A stretch of DNA of 64,000 bases from an uncultured virus (IMG/VR IMGVR_UViG_3300045391_006705) (Duplodnaviria; Heunggongvirae; Uroviricota; Caudoviricetes), in the IMG/VR virus record IMGVR_UViG_3300045391_006705, one strand, 5' to 3'. A model generated the notes under the pieces. The model was not told the origin of the DNA, did not search any database, and saw nothing but the letters and a program-made list of their open reading frames with translations. Positions 16,577 through 24,870 of this stretch are shown in pieces. A program made the position numbers and the translations under genes. Positions within the stretch are counted from its first letter, which is position 1. Each line of letters begins with the position of its first letter.

Positions 16577-16713
16577 GCGACGCCGAGCGAGCGGCCGCCA
16601 GGCTGTTGAACGCGCCGGTGCCGGTCTACTGCCCCTGCGGCTCGGACGGGTTCGAGTACGCCGAGGGTTGGGTGTGCGCGCGCTGCTGCCGACGGCTGGC
16701 GTCCGCGCGCTGA
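16573..16713 (+). CDS. helix-Zn-ribbon family paralog 20 (short)
   Basis: MSDAERAAARLLNAPVPVY-CPC...CARC. Confidence 0.8.
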   Translation: MSDAERAAARLLNAPVPVYCPCGSDGFEYAEGWVCARCCRRLASAR

Positions 16714-16739
16714 TGCGACTCTCCAGAGAGGGGTTCGAA

Positions 16740-16768
16740 TTGACACGTATATTGGCATATCGTATTAT
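16740..16768 (+). promoter_or_regulatory. sigma70-type promoter
   Basis: TTGACA-17 nt-TATTAT in an AT-rich island. Confidence 0.8.
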
Positions 16769-16778
16769 GTCAGTTAGG

Positions 16779-17093
16779 ATGGCATCGCTCGCCCCGGCCG
16801 CGTGCCCACTGGATCGGGTTGGGCCCGCTATGCCCGCTGTTCGAGCCCGAGTGACGGAGGCTTCCGTGTGGTCGATCGGTTCCTGGACGGCGTATTGGTC
16901 GGAGGACTCCCGCCGACCGGGGATCGGCAGCCAGCGCGCGACGTTCCGGCGCCCGCGCCGCCGACCGAGGCGGGACGGCACGCTGCCGGACCTGCCGCCG
17001 CCGCGCGCGTTCCGCGAATGGTGGGTCGGGCGGCTCGTGGTCCGGCGGGCGGCGCCTGCGTCGCCGGGGGTCGCCGGGCGACGCAGTAAGTAG
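16779..17093 (+). CDS. hypothetical Arg-rich protein (start uncertain)
   Basis: Good GC3 in the 3' half; follows the sigma70-type promoter. Confidence 0.4.
   Translation: MASLAPAACPLDRVGPAMPAVRARVTEASVWSIGSWTAYWSEDSRRPGIGSQRATFRRPRRRPRRDGTLPDLPPPRAFREWWVGRLVVRRAAPASPGVAGRRSK
17055..17085 (+). promoter_or_regulatory. class II promoter-like motif CCYGCG-N18-CGACSYA (copy 1 of 4)
   Basis: CCTGCG-N18-CGACGCA. Confidence 0.55.
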
Positions 17094-17129
17094 GGGCCCG
17101 CGTCGGGCCCCGTCAAACGGGGGTGGGGC

Positions 17130-17933
17130 ATGGGGACGAACAGGGGTGCGGGGCGCGGCGAGCTCGGGGAATTGCGGGCGGAGGTGGGTCGGTTGCGGGA
17201 GGAGGTGGCGCGGCTGCGGCGGGGCGTCGGGCCGGCCGAGGGAACCGAGCGCCGGCGGCGCGTGCACCTGCACGCGATCCTCGACGCCTCGTTCTCGATG
17301 TCGGGCCTAGTGGACGCGACGCTCGAGGGCTTCAACGGCTTCCTGGCCAGGCAGGCGGCGCTCGGCGGCACGGACTTGGTGGTGTCGCTGCACACCTTCG
17401 GCGCGCCGGAGGACTTCCGGACGGTCTACCGCGCCGTGCCCGCCGCCGAGTGCGGCGAGCTCACCGGCGCCGACTACGTGGCCAACGGCATGAGCACGGC
17501 GCTGGTGGACGCGGTCCTGGACTCGCTCGCCGAGTACAACGGGCGGTCCCGGCGGCGGGACGACGCGGACGCGCACGTGGCGCTGATCATCACGGACGGG
17601 CACGAGAACTCCTCGCGCCGGCGGAAGTCGGAGGCGGTGGCGCTGCTCGACGCGCTCAAGCGCACGGGCCGCTGGACGGTTGCCTACGTCGGCTCGGAGG
17701 CCGGCACCTGGACCGAGGCCCAGGCCTACGGCTTCAGCCTCGGGACCACCTGGACGTACGCGAACACGTCCGACGGCGTGCAGTCCGCCTACACGCTGTG
17801 CAGCAGCGGCCTCTCCGACCTCCGGTCGACGGTCGCGGCCGGCACGTCGTACTCGACCAACACCTTCTTCACGTCGCCGACCTCGACCGCTGCGGCCGGT
17901 ACGTCGGGGACGTCGACGCAGGTCAAGGTCTGA
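17130..17933 (+). CDS. vWA-domain protein
   Basis: MIDAS DASFSM; GMSTALVDAV; IITDGHENSS. Confidence 0.85.
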   Translation: MGTNRGAGRGELGELRAEVGRLREEVARLRRGVGPAEGTERRRRVHLHAILDASFSMSGLVDATLEGFNGFLARQAALGGTDLVVSLHTFGAPEDFRTVYRAVPAAECGELTGADYVANGMSTALVDAVLDSLAEYNGRSRRRDDADAHVALIITDGHENSSRRRKSEAVALLDALKRTGRWTVAYVGSEAGTWTEAQAYGFSLGTTWTYANTSDGVQSAYTLCSSGLSDLRSTVAAGTSYSTNTFFTSPTSTAAAGTSGTSTQVKV

Positions 17934-18181
17934 TGGCGCAGGGCGAGCCGCGCGATTTCGCGCAGCCTACGGGCTGGCTGTGCGGGCGCTGCGGAGCGTC
18001 GAACGCCCCGTGGGTGGCGCGGTGCGCCTGCGTCCCGGCGTCCGGTCGCCCCGCGCCGACGCTGCCGTGGCCGACCCTGCCCTGGCAACCCACGGGGGTG
18101 ACGCCCTTCCCGGCGATCACGGTCGGGAACCCGTGCCCGTACTGCCACGAGTTCGGCTGCACCAAGACTCACATCTTCTGA
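17933..18181 (+). CDS. small Zn-finger protein
   Basis: GWLCGRCGASNAPWVARCAC; CPYC. Confidence 0.7.
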   Translation: MAQGEPRDFAQPTGWLCGRCGASNAPWVARCACVPASGRPAPTLPWPTLPWQPTGVTPFPAITVGNPCPYCHEFGCTKTHIF

Positions 18182-18195
18182 ACCTCCGACGCGCC

Positions 18196-18227
18196 GCGTG
18201 ATGCGGCGACGGGCCCGGGCGTCTCTC
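18196..18227 (+). promoter_or_regulatory. class I promoter-like motif (copy 2)
   Basis: CGTGAT-N17-CGTCTCTC. Confidence 0.8.
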
Positions 18228-18264
18228 CACGAGGCGCTCGGGCCTCTTCTTCGTCCACCACCCT

Positions 18265-18471
18265 ATGACCGTCAATCCCGTTCTCGCCCTCCTCGCCATC
18301 GGCCAGGCCGTCGCGATCGCCGCCTTCGCCGCCGGGGCGCGCCGCGCCGCCGTGCGCGTCGGCGTCACCGACACGGTGCCCTGCCGCGCCTACCGGTTCG
18401 CCGAGCGGGCCGACTCCGCCTACTACCAACTCGACTGTCCGGCCGGGGTCGTGATCGTGGGGCGCCCGTGA
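18265..18471 (+). CDS. small exported/membrane protein
   Basis: N-terminal hydrophobic helix. Confidence 0.6.
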   Translation: MTVNPVLALLAIGQAVAIAAFAAGARRAAVRVGVTDTVPCRAYRFAERADSAYYQLDCPAGVVIVGRP

Positions 18472-18638
18472 CCGGCGCCCTGCTCGACCTGCCGGCGGAG
18501 TACCCGCGCTGCCCGCACCCGAAGCGGAAGCTCCTGGCTTCCGCCCGGAAGGAGGACGCCTGGTTCGGGCCGTACGAGGAGGCGACGTACGAGTGTCTCG
18601 CCTGCGGCGCCCTGCTCACCGTGTGGAAGGACGCGTGA
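18468..18638 (+). CDS. small Zn-binding protein
   Basis: GTGA overlaps; CPH...CLAC. Confidence 0.6.
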   Translation: MTGALLDLPAEYPRCPHPKRKLLASARKEDAWFGPYEEATYECLACGALLTVWKDA

Positions 18639-19063
18639 AGGCGATCGGGCCGGTGCCGGAAGCGGCGCGGGAGGCGCTCGACGCCGAGGGGCGGCCGTTC
18701 GTGCTCGGCGACTTGCGGGAGGCTTTCGCCCAGGGCGTGCTCCACGCGCGCACGTCGCGCCGGGAGGCCGTGTCCCTGGTCGACCTGACCGAGGCGCGCC
18801 TGGACGCCGAGGCCCGGTACCCGGCCTTCCGCGCGGTGCCGAGGGTGCTGCCCGACCCGTTCGACCCCGGGGTCCGCTACGCGGTCCTCGACGGCGTGCT
18901 CGTCGAGTCCGTCTGCGGGGCGGCGTGGGCGAGCGCGGCCGAGCGCGAGGCGCGGGTGCTGGCGGCGGACAAGCTGTTCGACCGGTCGGACCGGGAATCG
19001 GCGGCCCTCGCCGGCATCTGGCGCGACCTCCGGCGCCTTCCGTTCGTGCTGGAGCGGGTGTGA
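18635..19063 (+). CDS. hypothetical protein
   Basis: GTGA overlaps; high GC3. Confidence 0.65.
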   Translation: MKAIGPVPEAAREALDAEGRPFVLGDLREAFAQGVLHARTSRREAVSLVDLTEARLDAEARYPAFRAVPRVLPDPFDPGVRYAVLDGVLVESVCGAAWASAAEREARVLAADKLFDRSDRESAALAGIWRDLRRLPFVLERV

Positions 19064-19566
19064 CGCGCCGGACCGACTTCGCGACGTTGCGCTGCTATCT
19101 CGCGAGCCCCGGCAACCAACTCCAGGCCCACATGGCGGAGCGCGGCGCGGCGACGGCGCTTGCCTCCTGGTTCGGCATCGAGATCGAGTTTCGCGAGGTC
19201 CGGCTATGGGGCCATGCGACGGAAGGCCCCTGCATCGTGCCGGGGCGGAACGCCGTCCTGCTCTCGCTCGCCGGCGCGCTGGCGCAGGCCCAGGGGCACG
19301 GCTCGGTGGTGATCGGGTGCAACGCCGACGACCAGGCCGACTATCCCGACTGCCGCCCTGGGTTTTTGCGGGCGATGCAGGAGGCGCTCGGCTCCGTGGT
19401 TCGCGCGCCGTTGATCGGGATGACGAAGCGCGAGGTCGCGCGGTACGCCCGCGACCTCGGCGTCCCCGTCGAGGCCACGTGGAGTTGCTACCAGCCGCGC
19501 GACGGCGGGCCCTGCGGCGTCTGCGCCGCCTGCCGCCTGCGCGACGACGCCCTCACGACCCCTTGA
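19060..19566 (+). CDS. queC: QueC-like protein lacking the N-terminal PP-loop
   Basis: VPGRNAVLL, DYPDCRP, MTKREV, TWSCY..CGVCAAC; no SGGxDS. Confidence 0.75.
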   Translation: MTRRTDFATLRCYLASPGNQLQAHMAERGAATALASWFGIEIEFREVRLWGHATEGPCIVPGRNAVLLSLAGALAQAQGHGSVVIGCNADDQADYPDCRPGFLRAMQEALGSVVRAPLIGMTKREVARYARDLGVPVEATWSCYQPRDGGPCGVCAACRLRDDALTTP

Positions 19567-19577
19567 CCGGAGTTTCG

Positions 19578-19787
19578 ATGTCGACGACGAAAGAGACGAC
19601 GACCACCTACACGATCGCGCCCGCGAGCCTGCTCGGCGTGGCGTTCGTGGTCCTCAAGCTGACCCACGTCATCAATTGGTCCTGGTGGTGGGTCACGGTC
19701 CCCTTCTGGGGCGGGGCGGCGCTGCTGCTCGGCCTCGCCTTCTTCCTCTTCCTGGTGGCCGTCGTGGCGGCCTCCCTCTCGAGGTAG
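19578..19787 (+). CDS. small phage membrane protein
   Basis: VLKLTHVINWSWWWVTVPFW motif. Confidence 0.75.
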   Translation: MSTTKETTTTYTIAPASLLGVAFVVLKLTHVINWSWWWVTVPFWGGAALLLGLAFFLFLVAVVAASLSR

Positions 19788-19789
19788 CC

Positions 19790-20245
19790 ATGATCGAGGT
19801 GGTGCTGAGCGACTCGGAAATGACGATGGCGGCGCTCGTTGGGGTGCGGCGCCACCTCGACGCATTGCACGCGGACTTGCCGGATGCGTTCGGCGCCCGG
19901 CGAGAAGGCGGGTTCGATCTGCACATCGCGGGTGCCCTGGGGGAAGCCTGCGCGGCGAAGGCCCTGAACCGGTACTGGGACGCCAGCGTCGGCACGTTCA
20001 GGACGCGGGCCGATGTGGGGACGTTCGAGGTGAGGACGCGGTCATCGCACGAGTACGACATGCTGCTGAGGCCGTCGGATGATGGGGCGAAACACTACGT
20101 GCTCGTGACTGGGGCCGCTCCGGGGCCCTGGCGGGTCTGGGGTTATATCAAGGGCGCTGACGGGAAGCGGCCGGAGTTTCTTCGCGAACATGGCCGGCGG
20201 GTGGCGGCGTTTTTCGTACCGAAGGAGGAACTGACGCCGCTATGA
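19790..20245 (+). CDS. putative PD-(D/E)xK-like protein
   Basis: GALGE..ADVGTFEVRTR. Confidence 0.45.
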   Translation: MIEVVLSDSEMTMAALVGVRRHLDALHADLPDAFGARREGGFDLHIAGALGEACAAKALNRYWDASVGTFRTRADVGTFEVRTRSSHEYDMLLRPSDDGAKHYVLVTGAAPGPWRVWGYIKGADGKRPEFLREHGRRVAAFFVPKEELTPL

Positions 20246-21177
20246 AGCTCTGCGCGGTCTACGCAATTGTGCACCTGGCCACCGGTAATTCCTACGTCGG
20301 TAGTTCGCTCGACGTCTTGCGTCGATGGGCGAATCATCGTTCAGCTCTGCGGCGGGGAGCGCATGCAAACGCCCATCTCCAGAACGCCTGGAGAAAATAC
20401 GGCCCGAACGGGTTTCTATGGACCGTCCTAGCCGTGTCTGACCAAGCCGGCCTCCTGGATGAGGAACAGCGGTTCATAGATCTGTACCGGCCGCATTACA
20501 ACAAGGCCTCCGCCAAGGGGCGCTGGCTTGACACCCCGGCGATGAGCGAGCGGATCGCGAAGATGCGGGCGCGCTCCCCAAGCCCGGAAGCCCGCCGAAA
20601 AATCAGCGAGACCTTGCGAGGCAGAAAAGTGCCCAGCGACGTGGTCGCAAAGGTCGTCGCCGCTCGCCTAGTCCGGAGGCCGCCGGTGCCCAATCCTTCC
20701 GGGCTATGCCGGTGCGGCTGCGGCGCAGTAACGCCGCGTTCTAAGCAGACCGTTTTCTCGCGCAACACCATCAAGGGGGAGCATGTGGGCTTCCTGCCAG
20801 GGCACACCTCGCGCTCACCGGAGGCTCGCGTCCGCCTCGCAGACGCCGCGCGGAGGCGGTGGAGGGAAGGCAGCAACGACCACTTGCGAACCTCTCAGAC
20901 TAGAGACAAGCGGTCTAGACCGAAACGGTCCGAGGCACAGCGAGCTGCCCGCAGGAAGGGCGGCAAGCCTGGGCGACGTAGCTCCGTCAGCGTTGGGGAT
21001 GCGTTTGGTCGCCTGGTGGTGGTTTCGAGAGTCGAGGGGCCGACACGACACCCGAAGTGGCTTTGCCTGTGTCGATGCGGCAAGACGGCGACGGTGCAGT
21101 CGTCCAATCTGCGCAATGCCAGCACCCGGTCCTGCGGCTGCTTGAGACGCAAGGGAGGCCCGGATGAGCAAGCGTAA
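20242..21177 (+). CDS. GIY-YIG homing endonuclease with NUMOD3-like repeats
   Basis: AVYAI..SYVGSS..RW..H..N.HLQNAW.KYG; low GC3. Confidence 0.85.
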   Translation: MKLCAVYAIVHLATGNSYVGSSLDVLRRWANHRSALRRGAHANAHLQNAWRKYGPNGFLWTVLAVSDQAGLLDEEQRFIDLYRPHYNKASAKGRWLDTPAMSERIAKMRARSPSPEARRKISETLRGRKVPSDVVAKVVAARLVRRPPVPNPSGLCRCGCGAVTPRSKQTVFSRNTIKGEHVGFLPGHTSRSPEARVRLADAARRRWREGSNDHLRTSQTRDKRSRPKRSEAQRAARRKGGKPGRRSSVSVGDAFGRLVVVSRVEGPTRHPKWLCLCRCGKTATVQSSNLRNASTRSCGCLRRKGGPDEQA

Positions 21178-21490
21178 CCGATACCGCGAGGCGTTCGGCG
21201 TCGTGGGCCTCCGCTGGCGCCGGGGCGACCCGCCCCCGGGCGAGGCCGTGCTCTGCGAAGTCTGGCGTGCGGATTTGAGCATTCCGTCCTGGGGCGCGGG
21301 CAAGATGCCGCGCATCGGCGTGGCCGCCCGCCTCGAGGCCCGATGCTGGGACGGACAGCGGTGGCGCGCGCTGGGGCCGTCTGGGCTATACGACCCGACG
21401 CCTGGCACGGTGCGGCGTTGGGCATCCCTGGGCCGGCGGTGGTGGCACGGCACGCTGACCCTAGACGGCTGGAATGAGGAGACGGAATGA
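21164..21490 (+). CDS. hypothetical protein
   Basis: GGGAGG RBS; overlapping neighbours. Confidence 0.6.
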   Translation: MSKRNRYREAFGVVGLRWRRGDPPPGEAVLCEVWRADLSIPSWGAGKMPRIGVAARLEARCWDGQRWRALGPSGLYDPTPGTVRRWASLGRRWWHGTLTLDGWNEETE

Positions 21491-21732
21491 AGGGGCTGAA
21501 GGTGACGGACCGGCCGGACGGGTCGACCGAGATAGAGATTTCGGGCGAGGTGGCGGAGCAGTTGGGGCTCAAGGTGGGCGACCGCCTCGTGTGGACGGTG
21601 GCGGACGGCGTGCAGGTGCGGAAGCGGTCGGCGCGGTACCAGCTGAAGGAAGGGGAGTTCGAATCCTTCGTGGTGGCGGTGCCGGAGAAGCCCAAGCGGA
21701 AGCGCAAGAAATCCAAAACGGGAGACGCATGA
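21487..21732 (+). CDS. AbrB/MazE-like DNA-binding protein
   Basis: IEISGEVAEQLGLKVGDRLVWTV. Confidence 0.6.
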   Translation: MKGLKVTDRPDGSTEIEISGEVAEQLGLKVGDRLVWTVADGVQVRKRSARYQLKEGEFESFVVAVPEKPKRKRKKSKTGDA

Positions 21733-22265
21733 ACGTGGACGTGGACAACCTGCTGTCCGAGGCGTGGGGCATCATCGCCCAGACGGGCGGCGGCGGCATG
21801 GGCGGCGACGGGTGGGAGCGCGAGCCCGAGGCCTGGCAGCAGGCGGCCGCGCGCTGGCGCGACCGCTACCTGGCGCACCTCCGCGAAAAGGCCCTGGAGC
21901 CGGTCGCGGCGCCGGCGGGATTCCCGACGGTGGATTCCGGGCTGGAGGAGATCGCGGCCCAGATCCACAAGACGGCGGTGGAGCACGGGTGGTGGGAGGC
22001 GGAGCGCAACGTGGGCGAGGTCATGATGCTCATGGTGTCGGAGCTGTCCGAGGCGTTCGAGCACTACCGGAACGGGCGCGGCCTCGACGAGATCTTCTAC
22101 CATCCCGACGGCAAGATCGACGGCGTGCCGGTCGAGCTCGGGGACTGCCTGATCCGCATCCTGGATTTCTGCCACCACCACCGGATCCCCCTGATGGGCG
22201 CGACGATCGCCAAGATGCGCTACAACGAGGGGCGTCCCTACCGCCATGGCGGGAAGCGATGCTGA
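21729..22265 (+). CDS. MazG-like NTP pyrophosphohydrolase
   Basis: LMVSELSEAFE..ELGDCLIRILD..YN..RPYRHG. Confidence 0.8.
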   Translation: MNVDVDNLLSEAWGIIAQTGGGGMGGDGWEREPEAWQQAAARWRDRYLAHLREKALEPVAAPAGFPTVDSGLEEIAAQIHKTAVEHGWWEAERNVGEVMMLMVSELSEAFEHYRNGRGLDEIFYHPDGKIDGVPVELGDCLIRILDFCHHHRIPLMGATIAKMRYNEGRPYRHGGKRC

Positions 22266-22525
22266 CCCGGCGCGAGCGGCGGTACAACTTCATCGCCGAG
22301 GTGGAGGCGGAGCTGGACCGGGCGTACGCGAAGCACGGCGACGGGCTCTGGGGCCGCCACGAGTTCTACGGCATCCTGAAGGAGGAGGTGGACGAGCTGT
22401 GGGACGCCATCAAGGCCGACGCGCCGCGCGAGCAGCTGATGTTCGAATTGCGCCAGGTGGTCGCCATGTGCGTCCGGTACGTCGAGACGGGCGACCGGTA
22501 CCGGGATGCTGCGGCTGCCGGCTAG
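22259..22525 (+). CDS. second MazG-like (all-alpha NTP-PPase) protein
   Basis: HEFYGILKEEVDELWD..ELRQVVAM. Confidence 0.65.
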   Translation: MLTRRERRYNFIAEVEAELDRAYAKHGDGLWGRHEFYGILKEEVDELWDAIKADAPREQLMFELRQVVAMCVRYVETGDRYRDAAAAG

Positions 22526-22868
22526 ATCCGAGGTCGCGCGGTTCCGGGCCTTCACCGTCGTGTGGGACACGCCCCTGGGCGCCCCGCTCGTCATCGCCGC
22601 CGGCACGTTCGACCAGGTCGGCAACGCCTACTCGCTCGCCTTCTGCCTTCCGGAATTCATTCCCGAGTTGCCCGACCGCATCGGCATGTTCTGCGACCCG
22701 GCGCGGCGGCACCGCCTTGTCCTGGCGGACTATTGCCCGTCGGCGCAGTGGCACGAGAGCGGCGGCCTTGACGAATGCTGCCTCGTCGCCGGCCACGTCG
22801 GCCCGCATATCGACTACCGCGTCTACCGGCGATGGGACGACGGGGCGGAGGGCGTCGTTTCGGCGTGA
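22506..22868 (+). CDS. hypothetical protein
   Basis: ORF, high GC3. Confidence 0.6.
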   Translation: MLRLPARSEVARFRAFTVVWDTPLGAPLVIAAGTFDQVGNAYSLAFCLPEFIPELPDRIGMFCDPARRHRLVLADYCPSAQWHESGGLDECCLVAGHVGPHIDYRVYRRWDDGAEGVVSA

Positions 22869-22894
22869 TGGCGGGGTGCGCCCGGGCGTCTCTC
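22863..22894 (+). promoter_or_regulatory. class I promoter-like motif (copy 3)
   Basis: CGTGAT-N17-CGTCTCTC. Confidence 0.8.
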
Positions 22895-22968
22895 CGGCGG
22901 GGGCGCGCGGGGTGTGCACCTGGGGCAGGGTCGTGGCGCGCCGGCCCCACACAACTTAGGAGGAACGA

Positions 22969-23196
22969 ATGCGGCATCGGCCGAGCTTCGGTCCGCGCGG
23001 CCTCGTGTGCCAAGCGGCGCTCCGGCGCGAAAAGCGGGTGATGGATCCGGTGACGAAACTGGCGGGTCGGTGCGGCGAGTGCAAGGCGTGCTGGCGGCTG
23101 TTCGTGCACGTGCTGCGGGCGCAGGGCCGCCCGATGCCGCGCGCGCGGCGGGATGGCTCCATCGCGGGGTTCGTGTTCGTGCGGCGGGGCGGGTGA
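22969..23196 (+). CDS. small Cys-containing protein
   Basis: AGGAGG RBS; CGECKAC. Confidence 0.6.
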   Translation: MRHRPSFGPRGLVCQAALRREKRVMDPVTKLAGRCGECKACWRLFVHVLRAQGRPMPRARRDGSIAGFVFVRRGG

Positions 23197-23688
23197 ATGG
23201 CGGCGTTCCGCGAGGCGTTCGGCGACCTGTTCGAGATGGAGGCGGACCTCGTGTGCGTCCTCGTCAATCTGGTGGTGCGCGCCAACGGCAAGAACGTCAT
23301 GGGCGCGGGCCAGGCCAACCGGGCGGCGAAGCTGTTCCCCGGCCTCGAGCGCGCCGTGGGCCAGGCCTTCCTCGAGCGGGGCAAGGCCTTCGTCGACCTC
23401 GGCCGCTGGCGCCGGTTCGACCTCGGGACGGAGCAGCGGCTCGCGGCCTTCCCGACCAAGCGGCACTGGATCGAGCCGGGTTCGACGGAACTCATCGAGT
23501 TGTCTGCCAGGCAGCTCATGGCCTTCCTGGATTCCGAAGCGGGCCGCGACGTGGCGACCGTGCTGCTGCCGCGCCCCGGGTGCGGCCTGGGGTCGCTCGA
23601 CTGGGCGGGCACGGTCCGCCCGCTGCTCGAGCCGATCCTCGACGAGCGCGTGATCGTGACGGCGCACGAGACGGAGCGGCCGGCGTGA
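23197..23688 (+). CDS. macro domain (ADP-ribose-processing) protein
   Basis: GDLF..N..VMGAGQA..FPTK..LPRPGCGLGSLDW. Confidence 0.85.
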   Translation: MAAFREAFGDLFEMEADLVCVLVNLVVRANGKNVMGAGQANRAAKLFPGLERAVGQAFLERGKAFVDLGRWRRFDLGTEQRLAAFPTKRHWIEPGSTELIELSARQLMAFLDSEAGRDVATVLLPRPGCGLGSLDWAGTVRPLLEPILDERVIVTAHETERPA

Positions 23689-23818
23689 CCGCGCGCCGGG
23701 CGGCGGGCTTCGCCTGCTGCACGCTGCTGCCGTGGCTGGCGGTCGTGGCGCTGCCGCCGGTGTCGGCGGTCCTCGCCGTGGCGGCCTGCATGTACTGCGC
23801 GCCGAGGCTCGTGTGCCG

Positions 23819-24394
23819 GTGAGCCTCCGCGACGCGGTGGTGTGGCATCCCACGATGCTCCCGCCCTCGGGGCTGCCGGAGCGCTTCCTCGACGCGACGC
23901 CGTCCGGCATCGGCAACGCCGCGATCCGGGCGGTGGTCGACCGCTACCTCGCCGCCTTCTGGCGGGAGGCGTCGGCGGGCATCGCGCCGGCGTTCTTCGG
24001 CAAGCCGGGCGAGTGGAAGACCTACGGCGCGGCGGTGATCGTGCGCTACGCGCTGTCGCAGCGGCTGCCGGTGGCGTTCGTCGAGTGCGGCCCGTGGTTC
24101 CTGCGGGCGGACGCGCTCTTCTACGCGGTCGAGGGGCCGAGGATGCTGGACGACCTGGCGCGCGCGCCGTTCGTCGTCCTCGACGACGTGACGCAGGTCC
24201 AGCCGAGCACGCGGGCGGCCGAACTGATGGCGAACGTGCTCGCGGTCCGCTTCGGCGCCCAGCGGCCGACCCTGGTCACCGGGAACGCCCCGATGCGGGC
24301 GGCCGAGGACCTGCGGCGGTTCGGGGAGCTGTACCGGGCCGACTTCGCGCGGCGGCTGCGGCACGGCTCGACGGGCTACTGGGCGGCGGTGTAG
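23819..24394 (+). CDS. DnaC/IstB-like helicase-loader ATPase
   Basis: Variant Walker A GKPGEWKT; Walker B VVLDD; R..PTLVTGN. Confidence 0.75.
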   Translation: MSLRDAVVWHPTMLPPSGLPERFLDATPSGIGNAAIRAVVDRYLAAFWREASAGIAPAFFGKPGEWKTYGAAVIVRYALSQRLPVAFVECGPWFLRADALFYAVEGPRMLDDLARAPFVVLDDVTQVQPSTRAAELMANVLAVRFGAQRPTLVTGNAPMRAAEDLRRFGELYRADFARRLRHGSTGYWAAV

Positions 24395-24395
24395 G

Positions 24396-24797
24396 ATGTT
24401 CACGGACTGGCGGTGGTGGGGCATTCGGGAGGTCGACATGGCGGACGTGGAAGCGGGATCGCGGACGGTGGAGTTCCTGGTCACCGTGCCGGAGGACGGC
24501 GTGGTGGCGGTCAAGTGGAGCAAGCCGCTCGGACGGCCCAAGTCGCACGCCTATCAGGAGTTGGCCAACCTGCTAGAGGAACTCGACGGGGTGGAATGGC
24601 TGGACGTCGGGCGGTATTCGGCCCACCTGGGCCTGGCCGACCACGTGACGCGCCTGGGACCCCTGGCCCGGGAGGTCCACGAGGCGCTGTCGGACGCGCT
24701 CCTGCCGGGCCGGCCGCTCTGCCAGGCGATCAAGTTCGCCGTCATCGACCCCGAGTTCACCGTCACCCTGGCCGCTCTGCCGGCGGGGGCGGATTGA
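24396..24797 (+). CDS. hypothetical protein
   Basis: ORF, high GC3. Confidence 0.65.
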   Translation: MFTDWRWWGIREVDMADVEAGSRTVEFLVTVPEDGVVAVKWSKPLGRPKSHAYQELANLLEELDGVEWLDVGRYSAHLGLADHVTRLGPLAREVHEALSDALLPGRPLCQAIKFAVIDPEFTVTLAALPAGAD

Positions 24798-24814
24798 CGG
24801 CCTCCGGGGGCTGA

Positions 24815-24845
24815 CCCGCGTTCGGCGGTCGTCCGGGGCGACGTA
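24815..24845 (+). promoter_or_regulatory. class II promoter-like motif (copy 2)
   Basis: CCCGCG-N18-CGACGTA. Confidence 0.6.
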
Positions 24846-24870
24846 TTGATAGGCCGTCCCCGGAGCCGCC

